Below are positions 1 through 9,423 of a stretch of 64,000 bases of DNA, in pieces (within the stretch, counting starts at the first letter, position 1; each line of letters starts with the position of its first letter). The stretch comes from an uncultured Gammaproteobacteria bacterium (GTDB lineage: Bacteria > Patescibacteriota > Microgenomatia > PFEM01 > JAHIFH01). The notes beneath the pieces were generated by a model that ran no database searches, was not told where the DNA came from, and was given only the letters and a program-made list of their open reading frames with translations. The stretch covers positions 5,794 to 69,793 of the forward strand of contig CAZZHA010000001.1 in the NCBI GenBank assembly GCA_964653685.1, in the 5' to 3' direction. Position numbers and translations under genes: made by a program.

Positions 1-979
1 GAATTTCGATAATTTTTCTAGCCAACGACAAACCTAGCCCAAAACCAAAAGCCTTACTTTTTGAACGGGATTGGTCCACTCGGTAAAACCGGTCAAAAAT
101 ATGAGGCAGGTCTTCTTTGGCAATCCCCAACCCCGTATCTTTTATTTTGATCAATAAGGATTTTTTATTTACCTTCGTTTCTATGGTTATCTTACCGTTT
201 TTAGGAGTATATTTAATGGCATTATCTAAAAAAATTAACATCATTTCTTCGAAACTTTCTTCATTGGCCCAAATTGTTTGTTTTCTGACATTCACTTCTA
301 TTTTGATCTTTTTCTTTTTAGCTAAGGGCAAAACCTTTCGACAGACTTTTTTAATCAGTTTAGTTGCATCGACCTTCTTGAAGCTAAGATTTTGACCATT
401 ATTTTGGTAATGAGCCAAACTCAAGAGGTTATTAGACAAAGATTGAAGGCCATCAATATCCTCCAAATTACTTTTTATCACCTTTTTGCTTTCCTTAAGA
501 GATAGCTTCTTATCCCTTAAAGCTACTTCCATTGAGGTTTTTAAAGCGGTTAAGGGAGTTAAAAGCTCATGGGAAGCATCAGCCACAAATCTTTTTTGTT
601 CTTCCATGGCCTTTTCGATCGGTCGAAGGGTTTTTCCGGCTAAAAAATAACCTGCCAAAGCAGAAACAACTAAAACCCCGCTATTTATCATTAATAGGTT
701 AAGTAATAATCTTTTTCTAGCTGCTTCTAGATCTTCAACAAGAAAAAAACGGGGAGCTATCTCTTTTAAGCGTAATGGTAAATCTTCTGGTTGTTCTGGA
801 AAAGTTTGAGGTAAAGGAACGTCAAACTCCTCGGCTCTAAACCTTAACTCTGCTCGACGAAAACCTCTTTCTAATTCCCCCACCATACCTCTATAAATCG
901 CAATACTGAAAGAAAGGCTAATGAACATAATGATAAAAAGATACCAGCCAGTTAATTTTAGTCTTGCTGATTTAAACAT
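1..979 (-). CDS. Sensor histidine kinase, C-terminus cut by window edge
   Basis: Own translation of the minus strand from ATG at 979. It is absent from the ORF track because it runs off the window. N-terminus MFKSARLKLTGWYLFIIMF (TM); H-box ADASHELLTPLT; N-box FLDNAIKYTP; G-boxes DTGLGI and GFGLGLSLARKIIE. The ATG overlaps the response-regulator stop by 8 nt. Confidence 0.85.
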   Translation of the reverse strand, partial: MFKSARLKLTGWYLFIIMFISLSFSIAIYRGMVGELERGFRRAELRFRAEEFDVPLPQTFPEQPEDLPLRLKEIAPRFFLVEDLEAARKRLLLNLLMINSGVLVVSALAGYFLAGKTLRPIEKAMEEQKRFVADASHELLTPLTALKTSMEVALRDKKLSLKESKKVIKSNLEDIDGLQSLSNNLLSLAHYQNNGQNLSFKKVDATKLIKKVCRKVLPLAKKKKIKIEVNVRKQTIWANEESFEEMMLIFLDNAIKYTPKNGKITIETKVNKKSLLIKIKDTGLGIAKEDLPHIFDRFYRVDQSRSKSKAFGFGLGLSLARKIIEI

Positions 980-1661
980 GGCTTTTTTCTCCAATTTTAT
1001 AGCCAAAACCTCTGATAGTCTGAATTAGAGGAGCTTTATTTTTAAAAGGTTTATCAATCTTATTTCTTAAATAACCAATATAAACTTCAACTGTATTAGG
1101 TAAGATATCGGCGTCATAGTCCCAAACATGATTAATAATTTGTTCCTTAGTAAGGATTTCATTTTTGTGTCTTAAAAGATATTCCAAAAGAGCAAATTCT
1201 TTTCTCGACAACTTAGTCTTTTTCGTTCCCCGTTTGACTTCGTAAGTTAAGATATTAAGAGTCAGATCATTACAAGTCAGAATGTTATCTAAGGCTTGTT
1301 TTGGTCTCCGGCTTAAGGCTTTAAGCCGAGCCAAAAGCTCGGCAAAAGCGAACGGCTTAACTAAATAATCATCGGCCCCAGCGTTTAAGCCTTTAACTTT
1401 ATCTTCTAGTTGGCCTTTGGCGGTTAACATTAAAATGGGAGTATGAATCTTCTCTTCTTTCCGTAACTTCTGACAGAGCTCCAAACCGTCCATTTCAGGC
1501 AACATTAAGTCTAAAATAATAACATCATATTCTTCGGTGGCGGCTAAATCAAAACCCTGTTTGCCATCATAAGCAATGTCAACCGCATAAGATTCCTGCT
1601 CTAAGCCTTTTTTAATAGAATTAGCTATTTTATGTTCATCTTCAATAACAAGAATTCTCAT
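972..1661 (-). CDS. OmpR/PhoB-family response regulator
   Basis: 229 aa. Receiver domain (MRILVIEDE, VIILDLMLPEMDG, LMLTAKG) plus a winged-helix C-terminus (LTKEQIINHVWDYD, TIRGFGYKI). Operonic with the kinase. Confidence 0.93.
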   Translation of the reverse strand: MRILVIEDEHKIANSIKKGLEQESYAVDIAYDGKQGFDLAATEEYDVIILDLMLPEMDGLELCQKLRKEEKIHTPILMLTAKGQLEDKVKGLNAGADDYLVKPFAFAELLARLKALSRRPKQALDNILTCNDLTLNILTYEVKRGTKKTKLSRKEFALLEYLLRHKNEILTKEQIINHVWDYDADILPNTVEVYIGYLRNKIDKPFKNKAPLIQTIRGFGYKIGEKSHV

Positions 1662-1843
1662 TTTAATAAGAAGATATTAAACTTCACCTCCCAGCTTTTA
1701 TAATGCCGTATATTATACATCGAAACTGAAAAATAGCTGAGAGAATTAAAAATTTTAACTCTTGACTTTTTGGGAAAAAGATTTTACTGTTAATTTAATA
1801 TTCAATCTGCCCCCTAAAAGTTTAAGCCGATAAACTAAATAAG

Positions 1844-2734
1844 ATGCCAAGGTCAAGAGAAATTCCTCTATCTGAATCTTTAAAAACCCCTAAATCTGAA
1901 TTTGTTGCCAAACTAGAGAATCGTTGGCAACAAGGAAATTTTGTTTGCGTTGGTCTTGATTCAGACATCTCTAAAATTCCCCGTTATGGAGTTAACGGAT
2001 TAACCACTGCCTCTCCTGAAGATATAATAGCTGCATTTAATAGACAAATTGTTGAGGCAACTTATGATTTAGTTTGTGCTTACAAACCTAATAGTGCTTT
2101 TTATGAAGCTCAAGGTGTACCAGGACTAAAGGCTTTAGCCAGTACCGTAAAATTTATTAAACAACATTATCCAGACATTCCTGTTATCCTTGATGCCAAA
2201 AGAGCTGATATTGGTAACACCAACCTTGGTTATGTCCGAGCCGCTTTTGATGAATTAGGGGTAGACGCGATTACTGTTCATCCCTATCTTGGTAAAGAAG
2301 CCTTAAAACCATTCTTAGATCGTCAAGATAAAGGCATTATCGTTTTAGCCAGAACTTCTAATGCTGGTGCCGGAGAATTTCAAGACCTTCCGGTTGGCGA
2401 AAATCAAGAACCACTCTATCAAGTGGTGGCAAGAAATGTAGCTGAATCCTGGAATGAAAATGGTAATTGTGCCATCGTTGCTGGTGCTACTTATCCTCAA
2501 GAACTAGCTGGAATTAGAGCTGTTGTTGGCGATATGCCGATTCTTATTCCTGGTATTGGTGCTCAAAGCGGTGATGTTGAGGCCAGCGTCAAAGCAGGTA
2601 AAGATAGTCGCAATTGGGGAATGATTATCAATTCTTCACGAGGGATTATCTTTGCTTCAAGCGGAGCAGATTTTGCTTTGGCAGCGAGAAGAGAGACCGA
2701 AAAATTAAGAGAAGCAATTAATCTATATAGATAG
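1844..2734 (+). CDS. pyrF: Orotidine 5'-phosphate decarboxylase, long (type 2) form
   Basis: 296 aa. Motifs KPNSAFYE and ILDAKRADIGNT are typical of type 2 OMP decarboxylases. Confidence 0.88.
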   Translation: MPRSREIPLSESLKTPKSEFVAKLENRWQQGNFVCVGLDSDISKIPRYGVNGLTTASPEDIIAAFNRQIVEATYDLVCAYKPNSAFYEAQGVPGLKALASTVKFIKQHYPDIPVILDAKRADIGNTNLGYVRAAFDELGVDAITVHPYLGKEALKPFLDRQDKGIIVLARTSNAGAGEFQDLPVGENQEPLYQVVARNVAESWNENGNCAIVAGATYPQELAGIRAVVGDMPILIPGIGAQSGDVEASVKAGKDSRNWGMIINSSRGIIFASSGADFALAARRETEKLREAINLYR

Positions 2735-2737
2735 ATA

Positions 2738-3424
2738 ATGACTGGCGAAAAAACCGGAAATCAACCCTTAAATCCAGAAAGCTTAACAGCAGAATCACAG
2801 TTATGTCTTCAATTATTTTATATTGGCGCAATTAAATTCGGCGATTTCAGATTAAAATTACATGATAAACACCCAGAAGCACCCCCATCGCCCGTTTACA
2901 TTGACCTCAGACTTCTTCGAAGAGAACCTGAAGCTAAAGCTGCGGCAGTTGATGTTTATCTAGAGCTACTCAAACCACTAGAATTTGACTTGTTAGCTGA
3001 CGTTCCTACAGCGGCAACACCACTAGTTTCTTCCCTTTCAGATAAACTAGGTATTGGGATGATTACGCCTCGAACTGATGTAAAAAATCACGGCACTGGT
3101 GTAAAGATAGACGGAATGAGGGCTCTTGATCAGGGTAAGACCGTAGTTTTAGTCGACGATCTAGTAACTCGAGCAGATTCTAAATTAGAAGCAGCCAGGA
3201 TTCTTAGAGACGAAGGGTTTAGAGTAAGAGATGTGGTTGTCTTAGTTGATAGAAAACAAGGAGGCGAAGAACAACTCGCTGCTGAAGAAATTAAACTTCA
3301 TGCTGCTTTAACAATGGATAAAATGTTGGCTTTCTATAATGGAATGGGAATGATTACTAATCCCGAATATGCAAGAATAAATCAAGGACTAATAAATTTG
3401 AATAATTTCCTAGCAAGCCTATAA
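2738..3424 (+). CDS. pyrE: Orotate phosphoribosyltransferase
   Basis: 228 aa. PRPP-binding motif VVLVDDLVTRADSK. Starts 3 nt after the pyrF stop. Confidence 0.82.
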   Translation: MTGEKTGNQPLNPESLTAESQLCLQLFYIGAIKFGDFRLKLHDKHPEAPPSPVYIDLRLLRREPEAKAAAVDVYLELLKPLEFDLLADVPTAATPLVSSLSDKLGIGMITPRTDVKNHGTGVKIDGMRALDQGKTVVLVDDLVTRADSKLEAARILRDEGFRVRDVVVLVDRKQGGEEQLAAEEIKLHAALTMDKMLAFYNGMGMITNPEYARINQGLINLNNFLASL

Positions 3425-3452
3425 TCCCCTCTCTATAAAACTTTTTGAAAAA

Positions 3453-4673
3453 TTACTGTAAAGTAATGGCGTTTTCTTTACAAATTTTGGCGTAAGTATA
3501 AGCACTCTTTCTTATTTTTCTTTTTTGGGTTTTATAATTAACTTCAATTAAACCAAATCTGGGTTTAAAACCAAAAGACCACTCAAAATTATCTATTAAA
3601 GACCAATAAAGGTAACCGCGGACATTCACGCCCTCTTGGATTGCCTGGTGAACCCATTGAAGATGATTGATAATAAATTTTTCTCTGTATTTATCTTTGG
3701 CATCGGCCACACCATTTTCAGTAATATAAATTGGAAGATGATATTTCTTCAAACTCATCAAAGCTTCATAAATCCCTTGAGGATAAAATTGCCAACCTAA
3801 ATCTGAACTTTCAAGAAGAATAGTTTCTTCAAGTTTTCTTTTATTGACTTTCGTTTTTAAATCCTGAAAGCGAAGCTGATGAAAAAGGTAATAGTTTAAA
3901 CCTAAAAAATCATGGGTTTTTCCGGTCAAACGATAAAAAGAATGATTTAGAAGGATTTTGATGAATGAAGGTACTAACCGGCTTAAAAAATGATTACCAT
4001 AGTAATGCAAAGCCGGCATATTAATCACGGCTCCCACCTGAGCATTAGGGAATTCATTTTTTATGGCTTGGTAAACTTCTTTGTGGGCCAAAGCAAGATT
4101 GCGGTAAACTCGAAGAGCTAGTAACTTATTTTTCTTTTGGGGCGGCCAAAATCCTTGCAAATAACCAGCGGCCACAATGGTTTTAGGTTCATTAATGGTA
4201 ATCCAGAAGTCAACCTTGTCTGCCAAAGCATTGACCGCAAAGAGACAAAAGCGCTTAAAATATTCAATGTTCTCTTTTTTTTCAAAGCCACCTTTCTTGG
4301 CAAACCATAAAGGTAAAGTAACATGATATAAAGAAACAAAAGTCTTCATCTTTTTCTCTTTAAGAGTTTGAAGAACGTTTTGGTAGTGTTTGACCGCCTG
4401 ATTATTCCATTTACCTTCTTCTGGTTCAATTCTTGACCATTCGAGGGAAAAGCGATGGGCATTGTGATTGAGTTCTTTGGCTAAGTTAAAATCTTCTTTG
4501 AAGCGATGATAGTGATCACAGGCAATCCCCGAGTCTTTAACTCCTTTTCTTTTTTCCCATTCCCACCAATCATTATGAAGATTATTACCTTCAACCTGAT
4601 GAGCAGCTGTCGCCGCTCCCCAAAGAAAATCTTTGGGAAAAACTAACTTTTGGGGTTGATTACTCTTTCTCAT
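3453..4673 (-). CDS. Glycoside hydrolase family 1 beta-glucosidase
   Basis: 406 aa. FLWGAATAAHQVEGN N-terminus; catalytic Glu motifs TINEP and YITENG. The start overlaps the gltX stop by 4 nt. Confidence 0.9.
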   Translation of the reverse strand: MRKSNQPQKLVFPKDFLWGAATAAHQVEGNNLHNDWWEWEKRKGVKDSGIACDHYHRFKEDFNLAKELNHNAHRFSLEWSRIEPEEGKWNNQAVKHYQNVLQTLKEKKMKTFVSLYHVTLPLWFAKKGGFEKKENIEYFKRFCLFAVNALADKVDFWITINEPKTIVAAGYLQGFWPPQKKNKLLALRVYRNLALAHKEVYQAIKNEFPNAQVGAVINMPALHYYGNHFLSRLVPSFIKILLNHSFYRLTGKTHDFLGLNYYLFHQLRFQDLKTKVNKRKLEETILLESSDLGWQFYPQGIYEALMSLKKYHLPIYITENGVADAKDKYREKFIINHLQWVHQAIQEGVNVRGYLYWSLIDNFEWSFGFKPRFGLIEVNYKTQKRKIRKSAYTYAKICKENAITLQ

Positions 4674-5953
4674 ATCTTTTTTAATCTCTTAAACGTCTTT
4701 TCTCTTCCTAAAACCTCTATCGTTTCAAAGAGAGGCGGAGTAGCGGTTTTACCAGTAAGGGCAATTCTGGTTGCCATAAAATATTTGCCAGTATGCCAAT
4801 TATTCTTCTCTGCCAAATCTCTGAATAATTTTTCTAATCTCTTTGCCTCCCAAACCCTATTTTTTTCTAACTCCATGATTGATTTTTCGAACTGTTCTTT
4901 GAGTAATTTTTCTCCCTGACTTTTTTTAATGAGTAATTTTTTATCAACCTTTGGTTCTCTAATAAAAAAGTCAACTAAATCAGGATAATCAGAAAGTTTA
5001 ATCAATCTGTCTTTAATTAAAGGAATGGTTTGTTTAATTAAACTATCTGCCATTCCTTTAGGTATGTATGGTTTAATTAATTGAAGTAGTTCTTTATCTG
5101 TCTTTTCCCTAAGATAAACACCATTTAACCAATCTAATTTTCTTAAATCAAAAACAGGAGCCGAAGTTGAAATCCTTTTAAAAGAAAAATATTTAATAAA
5201 TTCATCTAAACTAAAAACCGTTTTGTCTTGGGGGTGTGACCAACCCATTAAACCAAAAAAGTTAACCATCGCTTCGGGTAAATAACCTTGTTCCTGATAC
5301 CAAGAAAGAGCGACCAGGTTTTTTCTTTTTGAAATTTTTGATTGGTCAGGATTTCTTAAAAGAGGCAAATGAGCAAATTCTGGTACCTTAGCCCCTAAGG
5401 CTTGATAAAGCATTATTTGCCGGGGAGTGTTAGAAATGTGGTCTTCACCTCGAATCACCTGGGAAATTTTCATTAACCAGTCATCGATGACCACAGCAAA
5501 ATTATAAACAGGATAGCCATTTGACCTTAAGATAACAAAATCTTCAATCTGTTGATTATCAAACTCTATTCTTCCACGAATAAGATCTTGCCAAGAAGTT
5601 TTTCCTTTTAAAACCTTAAATCGAATTGCCCCTTCATCTTGGTAAGCAAGTTTTTTTTCTAGCAATTCTTGAGCATATTTCTGATAAAGACTTATTCTTT
5701 CTGATTGACGATAAGGCCCAAACTTGCCCCTAACGTCCGGACCCTCATCGTAATTTAAACCTAGCCAGTGCAAGCCATCAAAAATTGCTTTTTCCGCTTT
5801 AGGTACATGGCGTTTTATGTCTGTATCTTCGATTCGAAGAATGAATTTGCCTTTGTTTTTTTTGGCAAAAGCATAATTAAAAAGAGAAATGTAGGCGGTA
5901 CCAACATGGGCAAAGCCGGTTGGCGAAGGCGAAATTCTGACTCGGATGCTCAT
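4670..5953 (-). CDS. gltX: Glutamyl-tRNA synthetase (short form)
   Basis: HIGH region PSPTGFAHVGTA and KMSKS-like KISKRK. The ORF track starts at 5971, but the ATG at 5953 (MSIRVRISPSPTG) matches GluRS N-termini and lies 8 nt downstream of TGcTAAAAT. Confidence 0.9.
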   Translation of the reverse strand: MSIRVRISPSPTGFAHVGTAYISLFNYAFAKKNKGKFILRIEDTDIKRHVPKAEKAIFDGLHWLGLNYDEGPDVRGKFGPYRQSERISLYQKYAQELLEKKLAYQDEGAIRFKVLKGKTSWQDLIRGRIEFDNQQIEDFVILRSNGYPVYNFAVVIDDWLMKISQVIRGEDHISNTPRQIMLYQALGAKVPEFAHLPLLRNPDQSKISKRKNLVALSWYQEQGYLPEAMVNFFGLMGWSHPQDKTVFSLDEFIKYFSFKRISTSAPVFDLRKLDWLNGVYLREKTDKELLQLIKPYIPKGMADSLIKQTIPLIKDRLIKLSDYPDLVDFFIREPKVDKKLLIKKSQGEKLLKEQFEKSIMELEKNRVWEAKRLEKLFRDLAEKNNWHTGKYFMATRIALTGKTATPPLFETIEVLGREKTFKRLKKI

Positions 5954-6004
5954 TTGCCTTGATTTTAGCATAGCGTCACTTTATACTCAAAATAGATTTT
6001 CCAG

Positions 6005-7057
6005 ATGGCAACTCTAACTCAAACTGCCCAAACGACCCGGAAAGCGCTTAAATACGGCGTCATTGCCCTAGTCGTTATCTTTGTTCTGAAAATTGCCTGG
6101 GGAGTTGGGACTGATATCTGGAAAAAAATTCACCCACCCCCGCCACCACCACCAACTATGGCTTTTGGTCCTTTACCAAAATTAAAATTTCCAGAAAAAC
6201 AAACGCCTGAATTATCTTATCGCTTAGAAACTATCCAGGGAGCTCTGCCCCAATTTGACAATATTGATCGAGTTTACCTTTCACCTCAAAAACCGCCTAA
6301 TCTCTTGGCCTTGGATAGAGCCAAACAAAAAGTTCGTAAGATGGGCTTCACCGGCCAACCGGAAAAAGTTAATGAAAATACTTATCGCTGGACAACCGAG
6401 ATAACCCCAGCCACTACTTTAGAAATGAATATCAATACTGGTAATTTTCATCTTCGTTATCAATTTGAAAATGATCAAGAACTTTTAGTTCAAAAAAACC
6501 TGCCGACTAATGAACAAGCCGCCCAGGAAGCCAAAAGTTTCCTTCAAAACAATGGCCTGCTGACCGAAGATTTAGCCACTGGTAGTGCTGAGTTTGATTA
6601 TCTAAAATATATTTCCCCTAATTTGATTCCCGCCATTTCTCTTTCCGAGGCTGATTTTGTCCGGGTTAATTTCTTTAGAGCTGACCTTAATGACCTGAGA
6701 ATTTATCCACCTAACCCTAAAGAAGCCCTGGTTTCCTTTCTCTTTTCTGGCAGTCGACTCATGGGTAAACGGATTATCGAAATTAAATATACTTACCAAC
6801 CAATTGATCGCAATACCTCGGCAACTTATCCTCTTAAACCAATTAATAATGCCTGGCAAGAACTCCAATCAAAGCAAGGTTATATCGCCAATCTAGGTCA
6901 AAATGACGACAAACAGATTACCATCAGGAAAATTTACTTAGCCTATTATGATTCTGAAGAACCCCAAACTTTTATCCAGCCAATTTACATTTTCGAGGGT
7001 GACCATAATTTCTTTGCCTATGTTCCAGCCATTGACCCTACTTGGACGGAGAAATAG
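6005..7057 (+). CDS. Hypothetical membrane-anchored protein with a heptaproline run
   Basis: 350 aa. N-terminal TM (YGVIALVVIFVLKIAWGV) followed by HPPPPPPPT. No recognisable domain. Confidence 0.6.
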   Translation: MATLTQTAQTTRKALKYGVIALVVIFVLKIAWGVGTDIWKKIHPPPPPPPTMAFGPLPKLKFPEKQTPELSYRLETIQGALPQFDNIDRVYLSPQKPPNLLALDRAKQKVRKMGFTGQPEKVNENTYRWTTEITPATTLEMNINTGNFHLRYQFENDQELLVQKNLPTNEQAAQEAKSFLQNNGLLTEDLATGSAEFDYLKYISPNLIPAISLSEADFVRVNFFRADLNDLRIYPPNPKEALVSFLFSGSRLMGKRIIEIKYTYQPIDRNTSATYPLKPINNAWQELQSKQGYIANLGQNDDKQITIRKIYLAYYDSEEPQTFIQPIYIFEGDHNFFAYVPAIDPTWTEK

Positions 7058-8024
7058 TTGGGGTAATATTCTCCCAACGATGATTGCTAAAAGCCCAATC
7101 AACTAATCTAGCGGTTTCGCCAAAACGATCTTGACTACCTAAAACAACCGTAATTATTCCCCGACCATCTCGTTCAACATACCCTACTAAACATTCACCC
7201 GCTTCCTCAGTCCAACCAGTCTTCACCCCTTTCATCCCTGGTAGCCAAGAAAGTAATTCATTAATATTGTAAAGAACATGTTCAAATTGACCGGTCGTAT
7301 CAGTAACCACGATTTTGGGAGTGGCCACTATTTCACCCAAAAGTGGCTCTCTAATCACCAAGCTCGCTAATCTGGCTAAATCTAAAGCGGTTGAATAGGA
7401 ATAACCAATTATAAAATTACCTTCCTCATCAATATCCAAGCCCGTAGGGTTAACAAAATAAGTGTCGTTTAGGTTTAATTCCTTAGCTTTCTCATTCATC
7501 GCTTTAACAAACCCTTTTTCTCCACCTGGGTAGTTTTGGGCTAACAAAGTGGCCGCGTCATTGGCTGAAGCGACTAAGACACCATATAACAAATTCTTAA
7601 CCGTCATCACTTCTCCTTCTTTTAATCTCATGTCTTGACCTTGATTATTGATGCCAATAACTGTCAAAGTACTTTCCAAATCATAGTAGTCAAGGGTTAC
7701 TAAAGCCGTCATCAATTTCACGACCGAAGCCGGTAAAAGTTGAACTCTTTCATCCTTGGCAAACATAACAACAGCTGAATCACGATCAACAACAATGACT
7801 GACTTAGCCGTCAGAGATGGTGCCGTTATTCCCGCAAAATTAACTGGATAATCAGCCACTTTAGGCAACTCTAATTCAATTGGCTGAATTTTAGGTGGTT
7901 GGTAGGTAGCTTGAACAATTGAATACCAATTGTTGCTGGGAAAAAGAAAAAAAACTAGCCCAAATAAAAAAAGAAAAGCTCTTTTTATCTTAATAGTAGT
8001 CAAATCGGAATTTTTTGGATTCAC
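7038..8024 (-). CDS. D-alanyl-D-alanine carboxypeptidase (PBP5-like, serine type)
   Basis: 328 aa. SxxK (SVVKLM), SxN (SAND) and KTG (VKTGWT) motifs; N-terminal TM/signal. Confidence 0.88.
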   Translation of the reverse strand: MNPKNSDLTTIKIKRAFLFLFGLVFFLFPSNNWYSIVQATYQPPKIQPIELELPKVADYPVNFAGITAPSLTAKSVIVVDRDSAVVMFAKDERVQLLPASVVKLMTALVTLDYYDLESTLTVIGINNQGQDMRLKEGEVMTVKNLLYGVLVASANDAATLLAQNYPGGEKGFVKAMNEKAKELNLNDTYFVNPTGLDIDEEGNFIIGYSYSTALDLARLASLVIREPLLGEIVATPKIVVTDTTGQFEHVLYNINELLSWLPGMKGVKTGWTEEAGECLVGYVERDGRGIITVVLGSQDRFGETARLVDWAFSNHRWENITPTISPSK

Positions 8025-9385
8025 TTTTTCATTACTTTGATTTTGAGTTCTTTTAATTGAACTTCATCAACTTCACTGGGAGCCTCCATTACTGATGTCT
8101 GACCACCAGCCGTCATCGGAAAAGCAATTAGTTCTCGGACTGAACGTTCTCCCAAAGCGGCCTGTAAAAATCTATCAATTCCTGGGGCAATACCACCATG
8201 GGGCGGAACTCCATATTCAAATGCCCTTAAGAGATGACCGAATTTTTTCTCTATCTCTTTTTCCGAAAGGCCTAGAATTTTAAAAATTTTTCGCTGGATT
8301 TTGGGGTCAGTAATCCTAAGACTCCCTCCACCCACTTCCAAGCCGTTACAAACTAAGTCATGCTGCCAAGAGCGTGCTTTCATTGGGTCTTTATCTAACA
8401 AAGGCAGATCTTCATCCTTAGGAGCAGTAAAAGGATGGTGAGAAGGACTTAATTCTCTTTCTTTTGTCTTTTCAAACAAAGGAAAATCAATTACCCAAGC
8501 AAAAGCAACTACCTTAGGATCTTTTTTCTTACGCAGATCAAATTTATCACTGCCAAATTTTTTCATTGCTTCGGCATGACTAAAACGAGGAAAAGGCTTT
8601 TTAAAAACTCTCTTTTTTAAAACCTTCTCCGTTATCTCGGTAAAAAGAGTTTCAGTAAGATTAAGAATCTCTTCCTGGGTTGTAAAAGACATCTCCAAAT
8701 CAAGCTGAGTAAACTCTCCATAAGCCCGATCAATCCGAGGATCTTCATCACGAAAACAGCGGGCAATTTGGTAATACTTTTCAAATCCAGCTACCATTAA
8801 TAATTGTTTGTATTGCTGAGGAGCCTGGGGTAAGGCGTAAAACTTACCCGGCTGAAGTCGCGAGGGAACAATAAAATCACGAGCGCCTTCTGGTGTCGCC
8901 TTGGAAAGAATTGGTGTTTCGATTTCAATAAAACCTTTTTCATCAAGCCAATTACGAATGAATCTGATTACCTGATGTCGAATTTCAAGATTTCTGACTA
9001 ATCGGGGTCGGCGTAGATCAAGATAGCGATACTTTAACCGAGTCTCTTCACCAATTTGATAACCATCACCTCGAATATCAAAAGGTAAATCTTCTGATTG
9101 GGCTAAAATCTTGACCTTTTCTACCTCGACTTCAACTTCACCACTGGGAATCTTGGGGTTAATTAAATCTTTAGGTCTTTTTTTAACTTTACCTTCTACT
9201 TCAACAACGTCCGAAATCCTTAATTTCCCTAGTTTTTCTTTACCAACAATCTGAACCAAACCAGTTCTATCTTTCAAGTCAATAAAAACCAATTTACCAT
9301 GGTCGCGCCGCCGATCAATCCAACCATTAAGTCTAACTTTTTTACCTATCTTTTTAAGTATCTCTTTAATGAGAGTTCTTTCCAT
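8021..9385 (-). CDS. aspS: Aspartyl-tRNA synthetase, bacterial-type core without the GAD insertion domain
   Basis: 454 aa. Motifs QAPQQYKQLLM, FRDED, GGGSLR and PPHGGIAPGIDR. FGSDKFDLRKKKDPKVVAFAWVIDFPLFE joins directly where the GAD domain normally sits. Confidence 0.9.
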   Translation of the reverse strand: MERTLIKEILKKIGKKVRLNGWIDRRRDHGKLVFIDLKDRTGLVQIVGKEKLGKLRISDVVEVEGKVKKRPKDLINPKIPSGEVEVEVEKVKILAQSEDLPFDIRGDGYQIGEETRLKYRYLDLRRPRLVRNLEIRHQVIRFIRNWLDEKGFIEIETPILSKATPEGARDFIVPSRLQPGKFYALPQAPQQYKQLLMVAGFEKYYQIARCFRDEDPRIDRAYGEFTQLDLEMSFTTQEEILNLTETLFTEITEKVLKKRVFKKPFPRFSHAEAMKKFGSDKFDLRKKKDPKVVAFAWVIDFPLFEKTKERELSPSHHPFTAPKDEDLPLLDKDPMKARSWQHDLVCNGLEVGGGSLRITDPKIQRKIFKILGLSEKEIEKKFGHLLRAFEYGVPPHGGIAPGIDRFLQAALGERSVRELIAFPMTAGGQTSVMEAPSEVDEVQLKELKIKVMKK

Positions 9386-9423
9386 ATTTTAGATTCTATC
9401 CTCTAAAAGGATTTTTTGCAATT

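Noticed and set aside
117-395. A 92-aa plus-strand ORF at the left edge of the window.
   Set aside because: It is antisense to the histidine-kinase gene, whose H, N and G boxes translate cleanly on the minus strand.
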